From Blastocystis sp. Blastoise (lineage: Eukaryota; Protista; Bigyra: Opalinata), in assembly GCA_039096225.1 (NCBI GenBank), contig JBBPEB010000023.1:558001-622000 (forward strand): a stretch of DNA of 64,000 bases, given 5' to 3'. This document shows, one piece after another, positions 14,335-32,318 of the stretch. The translations under genes and the position numbers were made by a program. The notes under the pieces were generated by a model. It saw nothing but the letters and a program-made list of their open reading frames with translations. It searched no databases and was not told where the DNA came from. Each line of letters starts with the position of its first letter. The stretch's first letter is position 1.

Positions 14335-15943
14335 TAAGATACTAGAAGATAATGTCAATAATAATAATATATATATATAAATATAGTTTTAGTCCAATCG
14401 TTGCATTTGGTGCTAACGCGTCATCGCCTCATTATGAACCCTCTCTCGATACTCCTATGGCAATTAACCGCGGGAATTGCGTGCTATTAGATACAGGTGG
14501 TCAATATAAATATGGAACAACCGATATTACTCGTACATTATGGTTTGACCTTAAGGAAGGAGGTATATATATAGTATTATTCTATTTATTATTATTATAT
14601 ATATATAGTATTATTCTATTTATTATATTTATTATGTTTATTATATTTTATTATATTTATTATGTTTATTATGTTTATTAAATTTATTATAATTATGTTT
14701 TGTTCTTCTAAAATATTCATATTTTCATTTCTTTTTTTCTTGTTGATATTTTTTTTATACATATACTATATATATAATATATGTTTATTATTAATAATAA
14801 CTACTATTTCTAGACATCCTTGATGAAACTTCTATTAACGCTACTCTTAACAAAACACAAGAGAAACAAGTTCAATATAATGCTATGAAGAAATTATATA
14901 AAGATACATATACTGCTGTTCTTAAAGTATTTTATTATTATATTTATTAGGTTTATTCTTATTTTTTTTTATTTATTATTATGTTTATTGTTATATTATT
15001 TATTATTATGATGTTTATTGTTATATTATTTATTATTATGTTTATTATTATTATTTTATATAGGGTCATATAGCTCTTGCTAGTGCTGTATTCCCTGAAG
15101 ACACAAAAGGAACTACCTTAGATATGTTAGCTAGACAATACTTATATCAACTTGGATTCGATTATAACCACGGGACTGGACATGGTGTTGGTTATTATGC
15201 AGGCGTTCATGAAATACCACCTGTATGTATTATATATATATATATATATATCTTCATTTTTACTATATATAAAATCTTTATAAATTATATATTATATTAT
15301 ATTATATTATATTATTATGTATAGAATATTTCTCCTCGTTGCCCTCCAAATCTTCCCGGGTTTAAAGAAGGAATGGTTGTCTCTGATGAACCTGGTTACT
15401 ATCTACCTACTAAATTTGGTATACGAATTGAAACCTGTTTATATATCCTTTTATATTTATATTTTATTTTCTTCTATTTTTTTTTTAATTAATATACATA
15501 TTATTATTGAATTATTTACTATAAAACAATGTCAATAAAGACAATAGTTTTCTTAATATTATCTTTACTATCCGTTCCTGCTCCTATTATATATCCTGAA
15601 GAAATATTTGATTCAAAAGAAATAAATGATAAATATCTTCGATTTGAAACTTTATCCTTTGTTCCTATTCAAGTCGATTGCTGTAATATTGATATGCTCT
15701 CTAAACTTGAAGTATATTATATATTTATATATATATAATATCATTTTTTTGTGAATAACTATTTTTTTTAACTATGAACTCTTTTTAATCTATTTATTTG
15801 ATGCATATATATAGAAACAATGGTTGATTGATTATAACAGTAAATGTTATGAAACATTAAAGCCATTAGTTAAAGAACAATTCGTTCTTGATTGGCTTCA
15901 ACAACAAAAGGAAATCACTATTCAACTTCTTAGTGATAACTAA
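11825..15943 (+). CDS. XPNPEP1: Xaa-Pro aminopeptidase (aminopeptidase P, M24B)
   Basis: [44 protein letters not shown]...VHE, SDEPGYY...FGIRIE, WLIDYN; about 14 introns. Confidence 0.93.
13820..14065 (+). repeat. Intronic tandem repeat, ~29-bp unit (ATCATATATATTATTATTTTTT..TTTTT), about 8 copies
   Basis: Visible directly in an aminopeptidase P intron. Confidence 0.8.
15443..15568 (+). other. U12-type AT-AC intron in aminopeptidase P
   Basis: 5' ATATCCTTTT, branch-like TTTTCTTAAT at 15548-15557, 3' AC; removal gives in-frame [14 protein letters not shown]. Confidence 0.9.
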
Positions 15944-16383
15944 AACCTATATATTATATATACTTTAATTTGTTTGAGTCAAAATCTATATCTCACACTT
16001 TTATAAAGTTAATTCTTTTTTTTATAAATTTGTTTTGCTATTTTTTTTTAAATGAAGCTTCTCATGTTTCTAAAACATTTTTCTTAATAGAAAGAAGCAT
16101 CAATTCAGCAATTTGCAACCAGAAAGCACCACTTATCGTTTCATTGAAACCGTAAGTTCTGACTATTTTTGTTTTTTAATTGTATATTATTATGACAAAA
16201 TTCTTTAAACCATAAACTATCAACAACTATATGAAATCGCAATAAAAATATAGAAAAATACAGAAAAAACAAAATAATTATGATTATTTAAAATTTTTGT
16301 GGGTTATTTTGAAAGTAAAAAAGAAGAGTGAGATTTTCAATGAATTAATTTTAATAGTACTATTCAAGATATACTAGTTGATA

Positions 16384-18086
16384 ATGCAGCTTAATCAATC
16401 AAAAAGCATAAGATTCTCGTTATCTTCAAGTCAATATAAATATATATGTGTTCTTTTGGGATGTATTATTTTATATCAACAATTCATATTGTTTTCTCGT
16501 ATTTCGAATTTTGATGAAAAGTATTTTGTTGTATTCTATTGATCTTAATATTGATTTATAGCGAGATTGGCCTGCAAAATGTACGATACATTAACAATAC
16601 CGTAAAGATTATCGAATATAAAACCAAAGAATTGAATGAGATTAACTTCTACAATAGCGATTGGCAAGATCAATACCTTTCCAAACGATTTAATTATTTT
16701 GAGAAAACACACAAGTATATAATTTTTTAAGTATTTTAATATTTTGTTTTTCATAGAAATAATCCAGAATATCTACCTCCTGTTACTGAGTATATATATA
16801 TATTATTATTATTATTATTTCATTATTTCATTATTTTAGAACAAAGTATTCTTCTAATTATTTAAATTTAACTTCTTCTACGAATGGTTTACATTGGGGA
16901 ATATTATATAATGTTTGTTTTAATATTAAACATAATAAATTATTTTATTATCGAAAAGCTGGTTCTGAACAACAATTTACTGATTCGTTTTATAAAGGTA
17001 TGTATTGTTATTATTATTTTTAGTATATTTAGTATATTTTATTATATCTATTATTTTTATTATGTTTATATATATTAATTTTATTACATCTATATCTATA
17101 TATATAGATTTTGGTACATTATGGACAATTGTTGAGGAAGAGACAATATCTCCAATTTCAGCACATGTCGAGGTGTCTAACGACCAATGGATGATCATTC
17201 CGTTCGCTAAACGTAACATCCCTCATTTCGCGGAATCCCATAATTTTATTATTCATTATTTAATGAATCAAAATGATTTCCCACCTGTATTTATTTTTAT
17301 TATTATTATTATTATTATTTTTTTTTTTTTTTTGCTTATTTTGATGATTATATTTTATTATTTATAATTATTATTAAGTTTAATAATAAATAATCATAAT
17401 TTTATTAATTAATATATTTTGTATAATTATAATATGTTAATAATAATAATATATATATAGATGCGAGTAGTTTATAGTCCATTATATAATACGAAGACTG
17501 ATAATGAATGGAAACTTCAATATATCGATAGTTTAAAAGATTTATTTCCTTCTCCTCATCAATTAGATATATATGGATTAACAGAAATGATGGATATGTT
17601 TAATAAAGGAACTGTCTGTTTTAAACAATTAGTATATTTATTATTCTATTTAATATTATTATAATTTATTGTGTTTATTATTTTTATTTATTATTATTAT
17701 TATTATATTATATTTATTATAATTTATTATTATAGTATTTTACTATTCTATTTATTTTATTTATTTTATTCTTATATTTATTATTATTTGATATTTTTAT
17801 CATAATATACTCTATAATAAACACCCTATATATATATATAGAATATTGCTGGTAAATTGGATCATATAACATTAGGAGGTATCTATTTATCATATGAAGA
17901 GTCTCTTTACTTCAAAGCATCGGTATTCCGTAAATATAATATATATCCTCATATTGAGAAAAGATTTAAAACGAATGGTATGTTAGTATTAAGAAATGAG
18001 CAAGCAATAGGTCAGAATCCAGGTAGAATTATTAAGAATATTGAAGAAGTTCGATCTTTATTTATTGAAATGAATGTATATATATA

Positions 18087-18171
<85 letters not shown>

Positions 18172-18641
18172 TATTATATATTATTATTATTATTATTATT
18201 ATAAATAATATTATAATTATTATCATATAATATTCATAGTCATTCTTTACTATAAGTGAAGTATATTTGGAAACACTTCCTTTTAAAATACAAGTGCAAC
18301 GTATATCGGAAACAGATATACTTATAGGTGCTCATGGTGCTGGTCTTATTAATATTATGTATATGATACCTAATTCTGTTGTTATTGATATATTCCCTCC
18401 TTTATTTGATGAGAAATGGTATAATGAATTAGCAGATGTTAATCATATTGCATTCTTATCATATCATAATTTCTCTGCTCCTTATCCCCAGGAATGTATT
18501 GATTCTAGTATTATTAATGCTAATAAACAAATATGTATTACAGCTATTAAATCAAATAATATTCATGTAAATACAAATATATTAAAAGCTTTACTTGTTC
18601 AAGCACGTATTTATCTAAGTAATCATAAATTTGATATCTAA
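16384..18641 (+). CDS. Glycosyltransferase family 61 (EOGT/DUF563-like), type II membrane protein
   Basis: N-terminal hydrophobic anchor; PHFAES; ETLPFKIQVQ..TDILIGAHGAGLINIMYM..SVVIDIFP; about 7 GT-AG introns. Confidence 0.85.
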
Positions 18642-19500
18642 ATCTTATTTCATTATAACTTTATTTTTTATTATATAATATCTATATTAGTATACTATTA
18701 TTCATTTAACCTTTTATTTCTTTTTTTGTATTTATATTTATTTATATTTAATATTTATTAACTATTTTATAAATAAAAATGATTATATATATGTGTAGTT
18801 CTTTTTAAACTACTTTTTTAAATTTTTCTTTTTTTCTTTTATAAAATCTTTATATATGTATATATTAAAGTGATTTATATATATTATTCTCTTCTTGTTA
18901 ATTTATTTATATATATATATATGATATTATTTAACTCTATTTTCACCTTTATATAATAATTGAGAATAATATTTTAAAATACAATGTTATTCATATTTTG
19001 AATTTGTTTTTATTCTTATTTCATTTATATTATTCTCTTCTTCTTTTTTTATTTTTCTCTCTTTATCAGTATATTTCCTATTTTTTTGTTATAATTCTCA
19101 TTTCTATATATATCAAACTCTATCTACTCTTAAAATTTTCGTTTCTATTTAGATTTACTTAAAACTATTTATAATTCCCTCTCTTTTCGTTAATTTTTTT
19201 TTTTTATTTATTTCTTTAATTGTACATATTCTTTTTTACTATTATTTCATGATTTATATATCAAGATTAGTTTGTTATCTATATGTAATATTATATATAC
19301 ATATATATAAATCTAGTCTATTATTTCTGAGTGTTCATTTTTTTTTTTGCTTTTGTTGTTATTATTCTTATTCTATTTTTATAATAATGTTTCATATATA
19401 ATAAAAAAATAGTAATAACTATTAACAACCACAATAAACTTGACTAGAAATACAATATACTGAACATATTTTTTTAAAATTATATAAATATATATATAAT

Positions 19501-20960
19501 TTATTGTTGATTGGAAGGAATATCAGAAGCTGTTTCAATAGTATTTAATGGTGAATAATTGCTAAATGAATTGACATTATCTTCTTCAACAGTAGTCACG
19601 TGGATTTCATTGGTCATTCCTTCTTTTTTATCGTGGTCACGTGCACGGGGAGAAAGAGAATCACCTCTTTTGGGTGAGTCCATAGTTTCATCGTTATCTT
19701 TCGATATATATGAATATTCTTTATTGTTCATCATAGAATTATCATTATATCTATTTGATTTTGATGAATAAGAAGTATAATCACGTTTCGAGTCATTCAT
19801 ATCGTCTCTATTGGAATAATGATACATTTCATGATCACGAGAAGATCCACTATGACGAGGATAATCGCGGGAATGATGATAGTCACGAGAATGATGAGAA
19901 TCACGAGAATCTCTTGTATCTCTTGAATTATGATAATCACGGGAATCATGATAATCTCGAGAGCTATGATAATCACGGGAATCACGATGGTCTTTAAGAT
20001 CACGATAATCACGAGACACTCTAGGTTCACGAGAATTTCTGGGATCCGGATAAGTATCCGAGTTTCTAGGTTCACGATAACGATAATCACGGGAATCACG
20101 ATAATCACGGGAATAACGTTCATCAGAATGATGATCTCTATTTAGAAGAAAGTAGAAATATAGAATAATATATAAGAGAAGAATGAAGTATTGAAGGAAG
20201 AAGAAAAGAAGATAAGAAGAAGATAAGAAGACAAAACAGTATTAGTAAACCTAGAATATATCATATATATATATATAAACATTATCCAAAAGAAAACATG
20301 ATAAAAATAATAATAAAAATAATAATAAAAATAATATAAAAATAATAAAAATAATATAAAAATAATAAAAATAATAATAAACTAATAATAAAAATAATAA
20401 AAATAATATAAAAATAATAAACTAATAATTAAAATAATTATAACTAATAATAGTTTCCTATATATACCTAGAAGAATAACGATCGTGAGGGGATCGACTT
20501 CTTTGACGACGATTATCCATCATTGGACCACGAGGATCATTTCGATTGTTATAAGATTTCTAGAATGATTATTATTATAAAAAAAAAAAAGATATATATA
20601 TCTTAAATATATTTGAAATAAAAAATATATATATTTATTAAAATATTTAAAAAAAAAGAATAAAATAATATAAATATATACAAATTTATCTTCACGAGTT
20701 GAGATTTCAACAGTAACCGCTTGATTGAGGATTTCCATGCCATTTGTGTCACTCACAGCCTTTTGAGCAGATTCTGGATTATCATAATAGACAAATGCAA
20801 AACCCGGAGGTCTTTTAGCAACCCAATATCTCTTGACGTTACCATACTTGGCATAAAGATTCTTCAAATCCTCTTCTGTAGCTTCAGGTTGAAGATTTTT
20901 AATGTAGATACTATATAGAATATATTCAAATAGAAACAAGAATAAATTATACGTGCTCAT
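19501..20960 (-). CDS. SR-like splicing factor (SRSF3/SRSF7-type RRM) with SRDY-repeat tail
   Basis: MSTSIYIKNL...WVAKRPPGFAFVYY RRM; C-terminal SRDYHDSRD repeats; 3 introns. Confidence 0.85.
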
Positions 20961-21295
20961 ATCTAACAGACCCTTAAAAAAGTAAAAGGAAAATTTTTCC
21001 ATTCACTTTTTCTTCTTTTCAATTCTTTTATTGAATAAACCGTGATTATCAATACAATTGACGAAACCAAAAAACTTAGGGGAAATCAGTTGTTCTTATG
21101 AATGACACATCTTTATAAAAAATATGAAATTCTGCCCGCTTTTGACCAATGACGATACAGAAAAATATCAAATAACCAATAAATGAGTATCTATGTATTT
21201 GTGGCTATTTAATTCATCTTGAAACTTTTGACTTGAGAAACCTCTCAGAAAGTTTTTTCTCTTCCAATTTCATTATCTTACATTCGATATTAACT
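20961..21295. promoter_or_regulatory. Divergent promoter between the SR gene and purE-purC
   Basis: 335 bp between head-to-head ATGs; CCAAT at 21146 and 21176; AACCGTGATTAT at 21038-21049. Confidence 0.55.
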
Positions 21296-22991
21296 ATGTC
21301 TGCTCCTTTAGTTGTTATTTTTATGGGTTCTTCTTCCGACAGTGCTCATGCTGAAAAGATTGAAAAATCCGTCAAGCAATTCGGCATTAACTGCGAAATG
21401 CGTATTTCCTCTGCTCATAAGACTCCTGCTCGTCTCTTAGAAATCATCAAGAAATATGAAGCCAAATCTATGCCTAAGGTCTACATTACTGTTGCTGGTC
21501 GTTCCAACGCTCTTTCTGGTTTTGCTGATGCTAATTGCACTACTCCCGTTATCGTTTGTCCTCCTCCTAGTGAAACTTTTGCTGGAGCTGATTTATTCTC
21601 TTCTATTCGTATGCCTAGTGGAGTTTGCCCTATGCTCGTTCTCGATCCTGCTAACGCTGGTCTTGCTGCTGCTAAGATCTTCGCTATCAACGATGCTGCT
21701 ATCCGTGAAAAGATTGCTGCTTTCCAAACTGAAAACGTCCAAAAACTCTATGTTGCCGACGCTGAATTAAGAACTAAATCTTATGTCCCTCTTATTGATT
21801 CTTGCAGAGGTATTTTTTTTTTATCGAATTTATTATTTTTATAATTTATTATTACTATAGCTAATACTCTTCAATCTACTGATACTGCTTCTTTCAATCC
21901 TACTAACCTTTATATTGGTAAAGTATGTTTTGTTTCGTTTTTTTTTTTTAATTATTATTATTTATATAATGTATTTTTTAAATTATATATATTTAACTAT
22001 ATATATATAGGTTCGTGATCGTTTTGAAGTTGATAATAAGGTTGTTCTTTCTACTACTGATCGTTTATCTGGATTCGATCGTATTCTCTGCTCTGTTCCC
22101 TTCAAAGGTCAAGTCTTAAATCTTACTTCGTATATATATATATATATATTATTTTTTTAATTTTTTTGAGTATACTTTTAAATTTTTTTTTTTTTAGTAT
22201 ATATATCTTTATTTATCTTATATAAATATAGTGCTTGGTGGTTTAAGCAAACTGAACATATTATTCCTAATCATGTTCTTTCTGTACCTGATGCTAATGT
22301 TACTATTGGTATGAAATGTACTCCTTTCCCTATTGAATTTGTTGTAAGAGGATATATTACTGGTTCTACTTCTACTTCTATGTGGACTAATTATGCTAAT
22401 GGTGTTAGAAACTATTGTGGTATTCAACTTCCTGAAGGACTTGTTAAGAATCAAAAATTATGGGAAAATATGATTACTCCTACTACTAAGAGTGATGTTC
22501 ATGATGAATTAATTGGTCTTAAAGAAATTGTTTCTCGTGGAATTATGAGCCAAGAAGATTTAGATTATTGTGCTGAGAAAGCTCTTGAAATCTTTAATTT
22601 TGGTCAAAAAGTAGCTCGTGATCATGGTCTTCTTCTTGTTGATACTAAGTATGAATTTGGTAAGGATGAAAATGGTCAAATCCGTTTAATTGATGAAATC
22701 CATACTCCTGATAGTTCTAGATATTGGATTGCTTCTACTTATGCTCAACGTATGGCTGAAGGTAAGAATCCTGATAATATCGATAAGGAATTCGTTAGAA
22801 GTTGGTTCAGAGAACATTGTGATCCTTATAAAGATGAAGTTCTTCCTGAAGCTCCTGCTGAATTAGTTAATGAACTCTCTCGTAGATATATTGAACTTTA
22901 TGAATTAATTACTGGTGAAGACTTTGATTTCTCTTACATGAAGGTTGAAGCCAAGAAACGTATTCATGATGCTATTGCTAATTCTCTTTAA
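21296..22991 (+). CDS. purE-purC: Bifunctional AIR carboxylase (class II-like PurE, N-terminal) / SAICAR synthetase (PurC, C-terminal)
   Basis: MGSSSD, SAHKTP, VAGRSNALSG, SSIRMPSG; then YIGK-VRD, TDRLSGFD, KGQVLN, EFVVRGYITGS, TPTTK, LVDTKYEFG, DEIHTPDSSRYW; continuous frame across 3 GT-AG introns. Confidence 0.93.
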
Positions 22992-23340
22992 ATTATTCTG
23001 CAGTGATCTTTTTTCTTATTTTATTTTCTTTGGTTTTTATTTCTTATGAAATTTCTATTCATATTAAAGATATTATATATATGTATATTTAATATTTTAG
23101 AAAAAAAAAATAAATCATTTTTAAATAAAAACTATTATTCATTATGAGTTTATTATTTAGTTTAATACATATGTGTTTTGTTTATTTTTTTTTTTTCATT
23201 AAAACAAATAACAGCATATATACTATTTATTTATTTATTAATTAAAAAGAAATTCAGATGATTTCAGAAATATTCAAATCAAATTAATTATATACCTTAA
23301 TATATAGAATTTTTATTTCAATTCTTTATAAAATATAACG

Positions 23341-23891
23341 ATGGCTAATAATCAAGATCGTATATTTGAAATTATAATTCCTCATAAATTTATTTAGGAT
23401 CCATATCTGATAAAAATAATCAATCTGAAAATGGAAATCAAGTAAAACTTGAAGCAAAACGTATGCTAATTATATTATTGGTATATCTAATATATGATTA
23501 GAAACTAAAAGACAGCGAGACCTTGCAAAGATGTCACAAACTGTATAATGCTTTAAAGAATCACTTTATTGACTTGTTATTTATCTTTTATTTATATAGG
23601 AGAAAGATCAAAGAACTGTTTTTGCATCCAATATTCCTGAAGGTCTAACTGAAAAACATTTATTAGCTGCTTTCAGTACAATTGGTAGAGTTCTTTCTGT
23701 TACCATGATTCAAGATTCTGAAGGGAAATTAACCGAATGTAAAGTGATATTTGATACTTTATCCAGTACTGCAAAATGTCTAAATAATATAGATGGTGTT
23801 CGTATTCGTGAACATATTTTATCTGTATATTATTATTATTTTTTTTTTTATTTAATAGGTATACCAACCCAAAACCAAAGATAATACTGTA

Positions 23892-23974
<83 letters not shown>

Positions 23975-23978
23975 TTTA

Positions 23979-24010
<32 letters not shown>

Positions 24011-24014
24011 TTTA

Positions 24015-24048
<34 letters not shown>

Positions 24049-24731
24049 GACTTTATTATTACCCGGTACTTATGTTAATCCTGCTCTAAAAAGGTATAAA
24101 TATTTTTTCTATATTCATATATATATATATAGACAACAATGTACTATTTATGTTGGGTCCATTAACTATTCTATTCCTGCTGCATCTATTCAAGTATTTA
24201 CTATTAATATATTTATATTATAATTATAATATATATATTATCATTATTATTTATATACCCATGTTTTTATATTACATAATATATATATATATATAGATGA
24301 TTTTCTCTCCTTTTGGTACTATTTTGAATTGTCGAATGATCGAGGATGCAGCTACAGGTATGCATAAAGGCTATGGCTTTATCGAATTTGATAATCCAGA
24401 AAGCGCCAAGAAAGCTATCGAAGTATATATACTATTACTATATATATGTATTATCATTTTTTTTTCTTCTCTATTTTTTAACTATTCTTTTATTTATATA
24501 TATATATAATTCTACTTTATAATCCATATAATAATATATGTATATATAGGCTATGAATGGTGTCACTATTGAAGGTCGACCGATGAAAGTACGTTATGCT
24601 TCTACGTGTATTCCTGGTAAGTGAATAGCTTTTTTATGACTCTTTCTATTTTTTATATATGAACTTATATTTATTATTATTTCATCTCTATAGGTCTTGG
24701 TGTCAATTCTAACCTTATTAATACTTTTTAA
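23341..24731 (+). CDS. Two-RRM RNA-binding protein; second RRM is PUF60-like
   Basis: RTVFASNIP; CTIYVGSINY..IFSPFGTI..HKGYGFIEF..AIEAMNG..GRPMKV; about 9 introns. Confidence 0.75.
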
Positions 24732-25052
24732 TAAAACAATAACTTTTATTCATTTACATTTTTCTTTTATTTCTCTGTATGCTGCTTTTTCTTATTCATA
24801 AACTTTAAAAAACTGTTTATTTTTTATTCATTTACATTTTTCATACAAATCTTCTTCTTATTTACTACTCTTAAAACTCATTTCCAACATCGTTTATAAA
24901 TATACTCTATAATACAAATGATTTATAGAATGTATGACCAGCTAGTACTCAAAACAAATTTTTGTACATTTTTCATAGCAAATTTATAACTATTTTTAAA
25001 AATAATTTTTAGATTTTATTTTGAAGATATTTATTTTAAGATAAATTCAAAT

Positions 25053-26817
25053 ATGGAGTCTTCATCTAAGAAACGACCCATGGAAGATGACTTTGTGATT
25101 CCTCCTCCAACGAAGATTTCAAGTAATGATGATTCGGAAGATTATGGCACAATTGAAGAAGAATATGCTGCAATTAAGAAAAGAGGCTTCAAAACTGAAG
25201 AATTAAGAGATGATGCATTTAAATTCTCTGATGTTGAAGGGAAAGATGGGGAAGATAATGCATCTGTTGATAACAATTCAGATGATGAAGATGGTCTTGT
25301 TGCTCAAGATAGTGATGATGAGATTGATGAGAATGGAAATATAGTTGAAAAAATTCACCATAAGACTGTTCGTCATATTACTGGAATCCAAGGAGAAGAG
25401 GATGACACTCATGATGTGACAAAACATTTACAAGTATTGAATTTATAATTTTATATTCTATTTATATTATTACTATTATGATTCTTTTATTTCTTTTTTA
25501 TAATGTATATAGAAAGATGATCTAGACAAAGAAACGATAGGTATCGAATCATTTAATATTAAAAATGATAGAGAAGATGGTATATATTTTATTATAAGTA
25601 GTTTAAGTGAGACAGGCTTATTATGATATTTATATATATATTTTTTATTTTTTTAATTAATGTAAGATTAATTAATATATATAATCTAGGTTATTTTGAT
25701 GAGGATGGTAATTATGTATTTAATACGAAGAAAGATCGTAAGAGAGACAGTGATGATGAACCCGATGAATGGGTAGAGAATCTTAAGGATGACGATATCT
25801 ATCATGTATAGATATATATTATTTTATTTATTTATTTATTACTTATTTATTTATTTATTATTTATTATTTTTTAATTATATTAATTATATTTATTTATTT
25901 ATTTATTTATTATTTATTTATTTATTTTGATGAGAATAACAATTATATATATAGGAAGATCCAGCAAAAGTAAATAATGAAAAAGATGATTTGTCATATG
26001 GCATGTGCCTCGTAACACTATTACGTTATGTACAACGTGGTGAGTCTGTTATGAACGCATTAAAACGTACAGCTCCTCGCAAGCAACCAATCAAAAAACA
26101 GAATAAGCATAAACCAGCTTTCCTTAATGGTATATATATATATATATGTTTTATTTATATATTCCTTATTATGTTTATATACCTTATTATATTATTTCCC
26201 TAGTGGAAGTAGTTGATACTTCAGATCCCCGTGCTTTTTCGCGTATAACGGATTGTGCTACTATTCTTATCAATGAGATCCCTAATATATATCAATATAC
26301 ATATGAGAGAATACAAGCTAATATTAAGGTATATACATGATTATATATATATTATTATATTTATATGTATTATTATATAGATGAATACAGCTACAAAGAA
26401 TCGTCAATGGGAATATTATTGGACTAATATTCAAGGTATATATATATAGATAATAATAGATACTAAATATTATATATATATATATATAGATAAGACTATT
26501 TATGGTCCTTATAATACTCAAATGATGATTGATTGGTTTATACAAGGATGTTTTGATGCAAATCCTATGATTCGTCAGTATACTGTTCCAAAGGAGAAAC
26601 TAGAGAAACCAGAAACACAGGAGAAACCATCCTCATCAGTATATTAACATATATATATATTTATTTATACTTATATATATAGTTAGCAGATGAGTTTGCT
26701 GATGCATTTAGTAATGATGATACTAATAAGGAAGAAGATGAAGAAGAAACAAAAAATGAAGGTATACCAAAACCTTGGATTCCTGCAAAATATATAGACT
26801 TCTTTAAAGAATATTAA
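25053..26817 (+). CDS. CD2BP2: U5 snRNP 52K protein (CD2BP2/Lin1), GYF domain
   Basis: ESFNIKNDREDGYFDEDGNYVF, DEWV, GESVMNALKR, QWEYYW..IYGPYNTQMMIDWFIQGCF. Confidence 0.85.
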
Positions 26818-27383
26818 TATCAATAAAATATATATATAAATTTTGTTTAATGTTTTATTTTACATATATTTATCATACAGGTTTATATAATTAAATATTA
26901 TGCTAATTAAGTATTATTGATTTTTGTTCTTACAACATAGAATCATTACTCTAAATATAAAAATCATTGTTTACATTATTGTTCGCTGATAATTATAATT
27001 TCTGATCTAGATGCCTCTTAATAGCTCATACATGAAATAATAATAAAAATTTATGTGTCATTGAAAAGATATTTTTAAAGATCAATAATAATTGCAAAAA
27101 TATTTTATTTTCTTAATTAATTCTGGAATTAATGAAATGAAGTCAACGATAGTTCATAATAATAACAAAGCATAGAATCCTAAATACATAGAAAAAGGAA
27201 TAATAAAAAATAGATGTGTTTTCGCATAAATTCGTTAGAAAGACAATAGAATATGGCTGATTTACAAAGATCCTCCTGATTATCGGTTAGTTCCGGCAAA
27301 TTTGATGAATAAAGATTATGTTTTTTCATTTGAAAAACAATCTAGATTCATTTGTTATATACTTGAAATAAAATATTCTTCAA

Positions 27384-31471
<4,088 letters not shown>

Positions 31472-32318
31472 ATCATTTGTTCGATAATTTACCTATAGGT
31501 CCTTTTATTATCAATTTCTCTTGCATTTTCTTGTTTTTTTTAAATAAATATTCTTATTAATTGTATATATTCTGTTTCTTTAATATCATTTATGAAATAG
31601 TTTGTTTTGTTACACATTCTTATATAAAAGTTAGTTATTCTATTAACCATAAAAGTACTAGGTATATTATTAATATCTCTTGTAGCCTTACCTTCTTTCA
31701 ACGTTTATATATTAAGATAGATATTTTAAAATCATGTCTTCTTCGCAATGAACTCCTTTATCACAAATTCATTGATATCCCTATTAGTGAATTCGCTTTT
31801 GAAACAATCATTATTTGCAGCTTAATCCATTTTAATACTGAAATAAGTTAATGTAGATATATATTCTTTCTAAAGCACAAATAATTCAATTAGCTAGTAT
31901 TTTATCTTTAATTAGTGTACATTTATTTATAATTGATGCTAGTAAAAGATGTACTGAATACCATTCTGTTCAAGGCTATTGGAGCACTTTACTGTTGTGA
32001 CAATAACATTAGGCGGATAATAAAATAATTCTAGTATTAATGGATGAAAAAGTAAATTCATTCCTAACGTCATTAATAAAAATTATCAAAACGAATATAA
32101 GAAATTCAAAGAGTTACTGTCAACAGCTTTTCGTTATTTCAATTTCTGAGAAAATCATTGGTTAGAATCTCATTTAGCCAATAATATTCACGGATTATAA
32201 AAGGGAGTAATAAAGTCGAATTTTCTAGTATTGTACATTGCAATTCTAGATTCAACAAGTAATGTATATTTCTTTTTTTAAAGAGGTTCATCTACATTAA
32301 TAACTCAATATAATACTC

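Noticed and set aside
16051-16105. U11 snRNA (GCTTC/GAAGC closing helix)
   Set aside because: Lacks the 5' AAGG donor-pairing sequence, the third stem and an adjacent Sm site.
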